A stretch of 64,000 nucleotides of DNA from Escherichia phage ECML-1. Shown in pieces: positions 38,665 through 46,319 of the stretch; position 1 is the first letter of the stretch; each line of letters begins with the position of its first letter. The notes below the pieces were generated by a model. That model was not told the origin of the DNA. It made no database searches and saw only the letters and a program-made list of their open reading frames with translations. Made by a program: the position numbers and the translations under genes. The stretch is from sequence record OL631478.1, one strand, 5' to 3'.

Positions 38665-39444
38665 ATGGGTATTGTAAAAGTTGTAAAAGGTAACTTACTG
38701 GCTGCCTTCAAAAACACAGATATTGAGTTAATTGCTCATGGTTGCAACTGTCGTAACCTCATGGGTGCTGGAATCGCTCAAAAAATTGCTAAGATTTTCC
38801 CAAAAGCTGAAGAAGCTGACCGGAAATTCCATAAAAAGTTTGGCTACAGTGCTCATGATATCGGATACCAGATGGTTGGTGAGGTGTCACATGCTCGAAC
38901 GGAGTATGGTTACATTTTTAACCTATATACACAGTTGGATGTTGGGAAGTGTGCATCATACCGATACTTAGTGGAGTCACTAGAAAAACTCCGTAAATTT
39001 TGCTGGCTGCACAACATTCGTAAGATTGGTTTACCCATGATTGGGGCAGGTATAGGCGGTTTAGATGCACAAGCTGTGAAAAGCCTCATTAATAGTGTTA
39101 TGTATAACGTTGATGTGTACCTCTACGTCTATGATGAAGCAATGGCAAGTGTAGTTACCCCTAAGTATGCTACCTCAGCACCACAATTCTATGATGGTGT
39201 CGTGCTAAGTGACGGGAAGACTAATCAAGTTACCCTCTATCAGCTTGTTGATGGCAAGGTTGAGGTTAGTTACCCTCTGGTTAGTGAGATGGGTATGTGT
39301 AACAGTGAAATGTTCCCAGTTGACCCGTTTGGAAGATATGAAGGGGTGTTCTTTGATAACTACCCAGCAGCATACATCTACACAACAAATCAGGATGAAG
39401 TTCACTACTTGCTGTATTCTAAAAAGTTCAAATTCATAAGCTGA
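38665..39444 (+). CDS. macro-domain (ADP-ribose binding/processing) protein
   Basis: IELIAHGCNCRNLMGAGIAQKI and GLPMIGAGIGGLD resemble the two glycine-rich macro-domain motifs. Confidence 0.45.
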   Translation: MGIVKVVKGNLLAAFKNTDIELIAHGCNCRNLMGAGIAQKIAKIFPKAEEADRKFHKKFGYSAHDIGYQMVGEVSHARTEYGYIFNLYTQLDVGKCASYRYLVESLEKLRKFCWLHNIRKIGLPMIGAGIGGLDAQAVKSLINSVMYNVDVYLYVYDEAMASVVTPKYATSAPQFYDGVVLSDGKTNQVTLYQLVDGKVEVSYPLVSEMGMCNSEMFPVDPFGRYEGVFFDNYPAAYIYTTNQDEVHYLLYSKKFKFIS

Positions 39445-39477
39445 TTAGCACTTCATAGTATCTACAAATCATCTAAG

Positions 39478-39524
39478 AAGGCTGCCTAACCCATTGAAAA
39501 ATTTAAGGTAAGGCGGCCTTTTTC
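39478..39524 (+). terminator. intrinsic terminator (long-loop hairpin)
   Basis: aaggctgcct...aggcggcctt followed by tttt. Confidence 0.45.
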
Positions 39525-39527
39525 ATT

Positions 39528-39680
39528 TTCAATTTGTGCAGGTATCTGTAGGGGTCTGTACAGATATCCCAAAAAATCTCATCGCCGGATAGAAAAATCA
39601 TTTTCAAAACGTGCAGACCCCGCTCAGGTCGGGCAAGAAAAATCATTTTAGAATTGTGCAGGTAGGTTTTTATAGAGAGC
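39528..39680. repeat. three direct repeats of aaaatcatttt-N-gtgcag motif
   Basis: tcattttcaatttgtgcaggt, aaaaatcattttcaaaacgtgcagaccc and aaaaatcattttagaattgtgcaggtagg; followed by a CT-only tract ccctctccccctcttactccccctctccc (39701-39729). Confidence 0.5.
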
Positions 39681-39840
39681 CAGACCAACCCCTCTCCCCC
39701 TCTTACTCCCCCTCTCCCTAAAAGTCAAGAGAAAAATTTGTAGCGGATTGAAAAATAATTCTTGATTTGTGTTCTGTTTTGTGGTAGTCGTGTGCGCCCG
39801 TTTCATTACAGTTTTGCCAAAAATATTTTTAAAATTTTTC

Positions 39841-39869
39841 TTGACTCTTTGAGTGTGGTTATCTAATAT
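39841..39869 (+). promoter_or_regulatory. sigma70-like promoter driving the small-gene array
   Basis: TTGACT, 17 nt spacer, TAATAT. Confidence 0.55.
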
Positions 39870-39875
39870 TTGCAT

Positions 39876-39932
39876 CAACGGGGAGGGAATGACCTTCCCC
39901 ACTAAATAAAGTCCTAAACTGGAGATTCAAAA
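39876..39932 (+). promoter_or_regulatory. type-1 cassette: 5' stem-loop plus conserved leader with RBS
   Basis: ggggagg-gaatgac-cttcccc hairpin then actaaataaagtcctaaactggagattcaaaa immediately before the ATG. Confidence 0.6.
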
Positions 39933-40316
39933 ATGGCTTATCGTGCACCTAAATTCATCAACAAAGACAACTTTCGCAACGCACTGGAGAAGTCACTTGA
40001 TGAAAATTTTAAAGGTAACATTATCATTGTTCACGCATTCAATTTTAAGTATGATGTAAACGGGAATAGAATCAACCATTACACGGCAACCATGTTAGAT
40101 GGTACTCTTTCAAGTGAAAAAGCCATTTTACATGCACTTGCTGGACGTGGTAAAAACCTGATAAAATGTGATAAGAGACGTTATCAGGGTGGCGCATATG
40201 GTTATGATGATGCTGTTTATCATCTTGAAAATATGGGCTATAAAGTAGAAAAAGCTGGAGTGTCTCAAATAATCGGTAGTGATGGTTATGTAACTATCTT
40301 CAAAATTAACAAATAA
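39933..40316 (+). CDS. hypothetical small protein
   Basis: 127 aa ORF preceded by a type-1 cassette; ends in KINK, which lies inside the next cassette. Confidence 0.55.
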   Translation: MAYRAPKFINKDNFRNALEKSLDENFKGNIIIVHAFNFKYDVNGNRINHYTATMLDGTLSSEKAILHALAGRGKNLIKCDKRRYQGGAYGYDDAVYHLENMGYKVEKAGVSQIIGSDGYVTIFKINK

Positions 40317-40328
40317 AGTACTTTACAA

Positions 40329-40402
40329 GGGGCTTATAGTTCGATAAAGTAAGCCCCAGATAAAGAGCTTTACCACTAAATCCTAAATTGGAGAACTTAA
40401 AA
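40329..40402 (+). promoter_or_regulatory. type-2 cassette: ggggctta/taagcccc hairpin plus conserved leader
   Basis: ggggcttatagttcgataaagtaagcccc then agataaagagctttaccactaaatcctaaattggagaacttaaaa before the ATG. Confidence 0.6.
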
Positions 40403-40696
40403 ATGGCTATTATCAAAAACGTTGTAATTACCGCAAAGACTCGTGATGACGCTCGTATCATGGCTAAAAAGTTATGCGGGAAAGTGGTTGACAACGGAAA
40501 ACAATCTGCTGTAAGGTGGGGCGTGAAGGTTGATAAGCAGTTGAAGTTAAAAAATTCACCGATAAACCTTTTTACATGTGTAAACACTATCGGGAAGACA
40601 AGTGTATACACGAAAAAGGCATATATTAGACGCGTAGCATTAACATCCCCCATTCGTACAATGAGAAGTTATGCAAAGCTGAAAATTAACAAATAA
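40403..40696 (+). CDS. hypothetical small protein
   Basis: Start at ATG 40403 in the conserved leader context (ORF-track start 40388 is a TTG); ends in KINK. Confidence 0.5.
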   Translation: MAIIKNVVITAKTRDDARIMAKKLCGKVVDNGKQSAVRWGVKVDKQLKLKNSPINLFTCVNTIGKTSVYTKKAYIRRVALTSPIRTMRSYAKLKINK

Positions 40697-40707
40697 AGTA
40701 CTTTACA

Positions 40708-40781
40708 GGGGGCTTAAAAGTTGATATCTTAAGCCCCAGATAAAGAGCTTTACCACTCAATCCTAAACTGGAGATTCAAAA
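40708..40781 (+). promoter_or_regulatory. type-2 cassette
   Basis: gggggcttaaaagttgatatcttaagcccc plus conserved leader; loop differs from other copies while the stem is kept. Confidence 0.6.
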
Positions 40782-41294
40782 ATGAAAACTGTAGACGCTA
40801 CCTTTGAAGTTGTAAAAGAAAAATTCACTATTATCTACGAAGCGGTAAATTGCTTTGAAGCAAGCCATAATCTTGATAATTGGAAGTTTACAGATGACCA
40901 TCAAGGCGGTGTGACGATTAAAAATCCTAACTGTCAGCGTAATGAATTTAAATATGCAATCCCTTTACATTACAGCCTTAAACAGCTTTCAAGTGACTAT
41001 GCAAAACAAGGCCGTGAGAATCCATCGAAAGAGGCTTACACGAGCTTACAGAAAGAACTAGAAAGAGATTTAGAGGCTTCAGAGTATAACCTTGCCGCGA
41101 AAGTTGTGGATGCAAACGGTAGCACGGTTTTAGAAAGTTTTTATCTTGGTTATGCTTTCGATTGGTGCTATCGTGACGGCGATGATTTAGAGGATAGACT
41201 AAAAGAAGAGGTGAACAACGCAGACGCAGAATCTGAAGTATTAGAACGTTTGGAATCGTTGAAAGACTCAGTGATGAATATCTTTAAGAACTAA
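40782..41294 (+). CDS. hypothetical protein
   Basis: 170 aa ORF. Confidence 0.55.
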   Translation: MKTVDATFEVVKEKFTIIYEAVNCFEASHNLDNWKFTDDHQGGVTIKNPNCQRNEFKYAIPLHYSLKQLSSDYAKQGRENPSKEAYTSLQKELERDLEASEYNLAAKVVDANGSTVLESFYLGYAFDWCYRDGDDLEDRLKEEVNNADAESEVLERLESLKDSVMNIFKN

Positions 41295-41310
41295 ATAGAT
41301 TTCTTTACAC

Positions 41311-41386
41311 GGGGTTATCAGACTGATAAGATAGCCCCAGATAAAGAGCTTTATTCAAATCAACCCTTAAACTAGGAGATTCTAAA
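41311..41386 (+). promoter_or_regulatory. type-2 cassette (variant stem)
   Basis: ggggttatcagactgataagatagcccc; stem changes are compensatory relative to other copies. Confidence 0.55.
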
Positions 41387-41683
41387 ATGAAATTATCAAA
41401 TAAAGTCCGTGAAAATTTAAGCAAGTTACTTAATAAAATTGATTTCATTGAAACATCAAGGAATAGTCATGATGTTATGGAATGGTTACACGGAAAAATC
41501 AAAGGCCGTCGTGTAGTGATTTGCTTATGGAACAGTTGCAGGGAGTATAAAAAACCTGTATTGCAAGTCAATATTTATGATGATACTTTTAAAAGTCCTG
41601 TAAAGTCTAAAAGCGATTTATTAGAATCCTATGAGATAACTGTAAATGGCAAAGTATCACGTAAAGAGGAAACACCATGTTAA
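41387..41683 (+). CDS. hypothetical protein
   Basis: 98 aa ORF. Confidence 0.5.
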   Translation: MKLSNKVRENLSKLLNKIDFIETSRNSHDVMEWLHGKIKGRRVVICLWNSCREYKKPVLQVNIYDDTFKSPVKSKSDLLESYEITVNGKVSRKEETPC

Positions 41684-42009
41684 TGACTGGTATCACTGCA
41701 ATCATTGCCATTTTCGCGCTATATAAGGCATATAAAGCCTATAATCTGGCAAGTAAGGCAATCACACAACAGGTTAATAATAACCTTGTAATGAGCTTTC
41801 TAGAGCGTTTAAGTGATGAACAATTAAAACGGCTAGAAATGAGCTTTAGATTCAGGGCGAGAACTTATCAAATCAGTGACATTTTCAAAGATAATTTTCA
41901 ATTAGTCGATGATTATAATTCTCTGATAAATGCTTTAAATATTAGTGACTTAAAAGATTATCACGCTGTAATTGTTCAAGAATTGAGCAAACGAAAACAA
42001 AACTGTTGA
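41677..42009 (+). CDS. hypothetical membrane protein
   Basis: 110 aa; N-terminal hydrophobic segment MLMTGITAIIAIFALY; overlaps the upstream gene by 7 nt; no cassette. Confidence 0.45.
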   Translation: MLMTGITAIIAIFALYKAYKAYNLASKAITQQVNNNLVMSFLERLSDEQLKRLEMSFRFRARTYQISDIFKDNFQLVDDYNSLINALNISDLKDYHAVIVQELSKRKQNC

Positions 42010-42098
42010 CACTGATTTTTAGATAGATTAAATTACACATCAACGGGGAGGCAATAACCTCCCTACTAAATAAAGTCCTTAAACTAGGAGATTCAAAA
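42006..42098 (+). promoter_or_regulatory. type-1 cassette with promoter (TTGACA-17-TAAATT), stem-loop and leader
   Basis: TTGACA at 42006, TAAATT at 42029, hairpin gggagg-caataa-cctccc, then the conserved leader. Confidence 0.6.
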
Positions 42099-42371
42099 AT
42101 GTATACTACTAACAACGGTCGTACTTTAAATGTCACTCTACGTCACTATGTTGATGGTGTAATGTGCTTTGATGATTTACAAGCTGAGCAACACATCTTA
42201 GATTGGCAAGTAGCAGGACTCCAAAAAACTGCTACCGGATACGGGAAAAAGATTCCAACTAGCTGGAAAGTACACTATGAAGGCCGTTTGCGCAGAATTT
42301 ATCAAGATGTGCAAAGCAATAGCGCATCGAGTTACATTATAGTAAAAGGCAAAAAACTGCATTTAATGTAA
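42099..42371 (+). CDS. hypothetical protein
   Basis: 90 aa ORF. Confidence 0.5.
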   Translation: MYTTNNGRTLNVTLRHYVDGVMCFDDLQAEQHILDWQVAGLQKTATGYGKKIPTSWKVHYEGRLRRIYQDVQSNSASSYIIVKGKKLHLM

Positions 42372-42383
42372 AGTACTTTACAA

Positions 42384-42457
42384 GGGGCTTATAGTTCGAT
42401 AAAGTAAGCCCCAGATAAAGAGCTTTACCACTAAATCCTAAATTGGAGAACTTAAAA
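42384..42457 (+). promoter_or_regulatory. type-2 cassette
   Basis: ggggcttatagttcgataaagtaagcccc plus conserved leader. Confidence 0.6.
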
Positions 42458-42862
42458 ATGGCTATTAATAACCGTGAATTATCAATTTTAAAAGCACGTT
42501 TGACCGTTAACCGGATTAATGTTATCACGTCATCAGCACCAGATGAAACACTGCAAAACATTATTGGGAAGATTCAAAGTGTTATCTTAGACGTTGAAAG
42601 CGTAAAAAATTCATTGGCTGACGTTGCAGCAGGTATCACACTAGACGGTGCGCAATATGAAATGTCCGACATGTTAGGCAAATCTAAGGTAATGAATAAA
42701 GAGTTAGATTTGAAAATGTTCCGATTTGCTGTTAAAGTGTGGCTATCTGTCGAGTATGATGCTAACTTTGCAATCGCTGACTTTTTCGCCACTTGGTTGC
42801 AGCGTAATTTGACTAATCATGACTTCCGCGATATCTGTGATGCAATTTATGCAGAACTCTAA
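42458..42862 (+). CDS. hypothetical protein
   Basis: Start at ATG 42458 (MAINNREL) in the conserved leader context. Confidence 0.5.
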   Translation: MAINNRELSILKARLTVNRINVITSSAPDETLQNIIGKIQSVILDVESVKNSLADVAAGITLDGAQYEMSDMLGKSKVMNKELDLKMFRFAVKVWLSVEYDANFAIADFFATWLQRNLTNHDFRDICDAIYAEL

Positions 42863-42871
42863 AAAATTTTG

Positions 42872-42966
42872 TTGACACTGGTTTTTAGATAGATTAAATT
42901 ACACATCAACGGGGAGGGAATGACCTTCCCCACTAAGTAAAGTCCTTAAACTAGGAGATTCAAAAA
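42872..42966 (+). promoter_or_regulatory. type-1 cassette with promoter (TTGACA-17-TAAATT)
   Basis: TTGACA at 42872, TAAATT at 42895, hairpin 42911-42931, then the conserved leader. Confidence 0.6.
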
Positions 42967-43170
42967 ATGGCTATTATTAATGATTTAACCATTGAAACTA
43001 CACACATCAAAGATATCAAAGTTGGCGATATAGTCCTTTCCCACGGCGTAGAAAAAACTGTCACTGCAAAGGATATCAAAGAGGATTCTTTCATGGGTAG
43101 GACTCTCTTCGGTGATTCTTATTGCTTAGGCTATCTTGCAGTTTTAAAAGTTGTCAAAAATAACAAATAA
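42967..43170 (+). CDS. hypothetical small protein
   Basis: 67 aa; ends NNK followed by the cassette sequence. Confidence 0.5.
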   Translation: MAIINDLTIETTHIKDIKVGDIVLSHGVEKTVTAKDIKEDSFMGRTLFGDSYCLGYLAVLKVVKNNK

Positions 43171-43182
43171 AGTACTTTACAA

Positions 43183-43256
43183 GGGGCTTAAAAGTTGATA
43201 ACTTAAGCCCCAGATAAAGAGCTTTACCACTAAATCCTAAACTGGAGATTCTAAAA
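43183..43256 (+). promoter_or_regulatory. type-2 cassette
   Basis: ggggcttaaaagttgataacttaagcccc plus conserved leader. Confidence 0.6.
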
Positions 43257-43505
43257 ATGATGAACTACTTTAACATTCCCGATACCTGTAGATTATTGAC
43301 ACAAGAAGAAAATTTGGGTAAACCTTTCATTTACCACATGCCAGATAACACGGCAAAAACTTATAGTTACAATGTTAACCGTTTCACCGCATACGCTGCA
43401 AAGAACGGCTATAGGTTGGTTACTCAAAAAGTAATGCTGGTTACAACTGCTGGCGAGATTCCTACAGTTGCAGTCAAACTAGTTTTCTCAAAGAAAGTTA
43501 AATAA
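43257..43505 (+). CDS. hypothetical small protein
   Basis: 82 aa ORF. Confidence 0.5.
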   Translation: MMNYFNIPDTCRLLTQEENLGKPFIYHMPDNTAKTYSYNVNRFTAYAAKNGYRLVTQKVMLVTTAGEIPTVAVKLVFSKKVK

Positions 43506-43517
43506 AGCACTTTACAA

Positions 43518-43590
43518 GGGGCTTATAGTTCGATAAAGTAAGCCCCAGATAAAGAGCTTTACCACTAAATCCTAAACTGGAGATTCAAAA
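43518..43590 (+). promoter_or_regulatory. type-2 cassette
   Basis: ggggcttatagttcgataaagtaagcccc plus conserved leader. Confidence 0.6.
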
Positions 43591-44133
43591 ATGAAATGCT
43601 ATCACGGAACTACTCAAGAAAATTTCCTCAACCTGATTAATAACGGTGATAAACCATCAGGCGCATGGAATTGTTCGGATATGGACGGCAATTTTTACGT
43701 GTATCCAGAAAATAAAATCTATGGCGACGATGATGAAGAGATAACATCGGAAGGTATTCAGCAAGCTCTAGGCAATGCCACTATCACCGCAGCTTTTCAG
43801 ATGAAGACTCAAAATATTGTTATCTTAGAACTCGATATTCCAGAGGATGAGCTAAACGATGATTATTCTTGTGATAATATGTCGAGTGTAGCAAGTTTTA
43901 CAGAGTACTTTGATGTAAATTGGATTAAAAAGGTCTATACAACAGAGTTTAACGCTATGTATTCACCTTTTTGTCTTCCTTCATTGGATAACCCAAATTT
44001 AAACTATCTTGATGAGTCTCTGGAGCTTCTTGCTAAAAGTGTTCAACAGTCGGACAGTATTCAGGTTTTTTGTGACATCATGGATACACTGACAGGAAAC
44101 ATTGCAGAAGAGGATTTAAAGAGCTTTTTCTAA
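43591..44133 (+). CDS. hypothetical protein
   Basis: 180 aa ORF. Confidence 0.55.
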   Translation: MKCYHGTTQENFLNLINNGDKPSGAWNCSDMDGNFYVYPENKIYGDDDEEITSEGIQQALGNATITAAFQMKTQNIVILELDIPEDELNDDYSCDNMSSVASFTEYFDVNWIKKVYTTEFNAMYSPFCLPSLDNPNLNYLDESLELLAKSVQQSDSIQVFCDIMDTLTGNIAEEDLKSFF

Positions 44134-44165
44134 AAACCTATGCAATCACCTTATAAACACTAATC

Positions 44166-44186
44166 AGCCCCTTGTAGGGGCTTTTA
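44166..44186 (+). terminator. intrinsic terminator
   Basis: cagcccc-ttgt-aggggct followed by ttt. Confidence 0.5.
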
Positions 44187-44199
44187 GAGGGCTTAAATC

Positions 44200-44433
44200 A
44201 TGCTTACAACCATTTACCTCATCCTTTCCATCTGTAATGGCCATTCATGTGACTTTAAAGGGCTTGAAGAGTTTACAGGAAGTAAAGAAAATGCTATTCA
44301 AGTTTGCCAGATAGCAAGGAAAGACTATCCCGCTAGTGATGATATACAATGTTACTTTAAGACAGAAGATGACGACGGAATCTATTTCGACAGTGTTGAC
44401 GGTCAATATGAAATTGTCATTGAAAAAGACTAG
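44200..44433 (+). CDS. hypothetical small protein (possible signal peptide)
   Basis: 77 aa; hydrophobic N-terminus MLTTIYLILSICNG; own GAGGG Shine-Dalgarno, no cassette. Confidence 0.45.
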   Translation: MLTTIYLILSICNGHSCDFKGLEEFTGSKENAIQVCQIARKDYPASDDIQCYFKTEDDDGIYFDSVDGQYEIVIEKD

Positions 44434-44524
44434 ACAAGCCCGATAAAAGTCTGTAAATTGTCAATCAACGGGGAGGGAATGACCTTCCCCACTAAGTAAA
44501 GTCCTTAAACTAGGAGATTCAAAA
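44431..44524 (+). promoter_or_regulatory. type-1 cassette with promoter (TAGACA-17-TAAATT)
   Basis: Hairpin ggggagggaatgaccttcccc at 44470-44490, then the conserved leader. Confidence 0.55.
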
Positions 44525-44866
44525 ATGGCTTATGTAACCGTAATTACCGATAAAGCTGGCGCATCTTGGTCAACTCAGGTTAGTGATAAGATGTCACCTA
44601 TGCAGTGCCTAAAATACTTTGAACAGTGGAACAAAGGCGAGGACACAAGCCCCTTTCAAGTGATGCAGATTATCCATGTAGACAACGAAGGAAATAAAAC
44701 GACGCTGAATAGTGAGTACTATGCAAGCCGTTTTGAAACGAGAAGTAAAACAATGAAACTTTTACGTGAATCCGGTTATGCCCATATCGCCGCGTTAATC
44801 TGGGATGACCTGCTAAAAAGTCAGCGTATCAGCTATGTAAAACCTGAAAAAATATTCATCAGTTAA
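44525..44866 (+). CDS. hypothetical protein
   Basis: 113 aa ORF. Confidence 0.5.
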   Translation: MAYVTVITDKAGASWSTQVSDKMSPMQCLKYFEQWNKGEDTSPFQVMQIIHVDNEGNKTTLNSEYYASRFETRSKTMKLLRESGYAHIAALIWDDLLKSQRISYVKPEKIFIS

Positions 44867-44996
44867 TCAATAACTTACAAAAAACTTTTAAAAAAAATGT
44901 TGACAATCCCTCTTGACATTGGTAACTTTGTTCGAGGGGGTTTATCTAAAAGGGATTTACTTAAAAGATTCTTTATAGATAAGCTTAAAAAATTGC

Positions 44997-45087
44997 TTGC
45001 AATCAGCTATCAAAACAAGTAAATTACTAATCAACGGGAGGGATGACCTCCCCACTAAATAAAAATCCTTAAACTAGGAGAGTCAAA
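44997..45087 (+). promoter_or_regulatory. type-1 cassette with promoter (TTGCAA-17-TAAATT)
   Basis: Variant hairpin gggagg-gatga-cctcccc and conserved leader. Confidence 0.5.
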
Positions 45088-45618
45088 ATGAACAAATTTC
45101 AAGCTATCAACTTCATTCGTTCAAATGCTGTAATGTCTAAGCCTGTAAAAGATACATACGAATTCCGTTGTAATGGGGTACATTTCGCAACAATCACCAA
45201 ATCAGAAAACGGGGCTTATTACGTTCATCGTCGTAATGTTTCAACCGTTGTAGTCTCTCACTTTATGCAAGCTGTAGCGGAATTATTACCGTTATTCTTA
45301 GAGATTTACTTAGATGAGTGTAAAAACGTTCACAACCACGTTAAAAGCCTTTTAAACGGTTATAAAATGGCTTATGAACGCTCTATCAAGTCCTTAAACA
45401 AGTTTTACAATGCACCTGCAAATACTGTTTCAATGGCTTATGATGTAAACGGTGAGTTAGTTAGTCTCTTTAAAGTGGAAGAAATTAAACTGTATAATTT
45501 ACGTCCTAGTGGTTACTCTAAGACTCTTGGTGAAGGTTTATCCTTTAATATCAAGAACTTAGAAAAAACTTTAAAAGACATTGAAAAAGATATTGACGAG
45601 ACAATTAAAAGTCTGTAA
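45088..45618 (+). CDS. hypothetical protein
   Basis: 176 aa ORF. Confidence 0.55.
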   Translation: MNKFQAINFIRSNAVMSKPVKDTYEFRCNGVHFATITKSENGAYYVHRRNVSTVVVSHFMQAVAELLPLFLEIYLDECKNVHNHVKSLLNGYKMAYERSIKSLNKFYNAPANTVSMAYDVNGELVSLFKVEEIKLYNLRPSGYSKTLGEGLSFNIKNLEKTLKDIEKDIDETIKSL

Positions 45619-45680
45619 ATTGTCAATCAACGGGGAATGACCTTCCCCACTAAATAAAATCCTAAACTGGAGTTATCAAG
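45606..45680 (+). promoter_or_regulatory. type-1 cassette overlapping the upstream stop codon
   Basis: aaaagtctgtaaattgtcaatcaacgggg is shared with the 44441-44473 copy; hairpin ggggaatgaccttcccc. Confidence 0.5.
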
Positions 45681-45944
45681 ATGGAAAACGTAGAATTAAC
45701 CACACTTTTACAAATTGCAACCGACAAAGAAGATGTAGCATTATTTCACCGTATCGAAAGCGATTTATTCAATGGTGAAATCATCAAAGAATCTTACGAA
45801 GTTGTCGGATTCAAAGATGGTAAAGCATTTGGATTCTTTGACCTCGACAAAGGCAACGCTGTTACAAAGTACGATGTTTTGTCTTGTGAGATTCTTACAA
45901 AATACAACGAAAAAAGGCTTGCAACATACGCCAATATGCAGTAA
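45681..45944 (+). CDS. hypothetical small protein
   Basis: 87 aa ORF. Confidence 0.5.
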   Translation: MENVELTTLLQIATDKEDVALFHRIESDLFNGEIIKESYEVVGFKDGKAFGFFDLDKGNAVTKYDVLSCEILTKYNEKRLATYANMQ

Positions 45945-46008
45945 ATTACTAATTAACGGGGGATGACCTCCCCCACTAAGTAAAGTCCTAAACTGGAGAA
46001 TCTAAATT
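45939..46008 (+). promoter_or_regulatory. type-1 cassette overlapping the upstream stop codon
   Basis: cagtaaattactaattaacgggggatgacctcccccactaagtaaagtcctaaactggagaatctaaatt. Confidence 0.5.
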
Positions 46009-46257
46009 ATGTCAACTATCCGCGTAACTGTTAATGCTTATGGCTGCCACGAACTTGATGCAAAATTCGATATCGGTGGAACAAATAACACCTTTGACCT
46101 TATCAAAATGCTGATTCAGCAGGTGCTACCAGATTATAACCCTACCGATGACTTTTGGAAGGACGCTGTAAAAGAAGCCATAAACGAGGAATATCACTAC
46201 CACTACTGGGGAGAAAAAATTGTCTCCCTGTACTACAACAAGCAAGATTATAACTAA
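46009..46257 (+). CDS. hypothetical small protein
   Basis: 82 aa ORF; last gene of the rightward array. Confidence 0.5.
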   Translation: MSTIRVTVNAYGCHELDAKFDIGGTNNTFDLIKMLIQQVLPDYNPTDDFWKDAVKEAINEEYHYHYWGEKIVSLYYNKQDYN

Positions 46258-46319
46258 TCGACGCAGCGGGGCTAAATAGCCCCAGATACCTGAAAAGCTC
46301 CTTCTCATAGGGGCTTTTT

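Noticed and set aside
40329-40402. Type-2 cassette as a T4 MotA-dependent middle promoter (GCTTTA box plus TAAACT)
   Set aside because: The spacing between the GCTTTA box and the putative -10 is about 11 nt rather than the canonical distance, and the inferred start would exclude the conserved GGAG ribosome-binding site; left as an unassigned regulatory cassette.
40388-40402. TTG-initiated N-terminal extensions (MENLK) of ORFs at 40388 and 42443
   Set aside because: The conserved leader places the GGAG Shine-Dalgarno 8-10 nt upstream of the downstream ATG; the extension would start inside the ribosome-binding site.
39841-46260. Possible CRISPR array because of regularly repeated elements
   Set aside because: Repeats are 60-90 bp cassettes separated by protein-coding ORFs of 200-550 bp that begin with ATG after a Shine-Dalgarno; not short spacers between short direct repeats.
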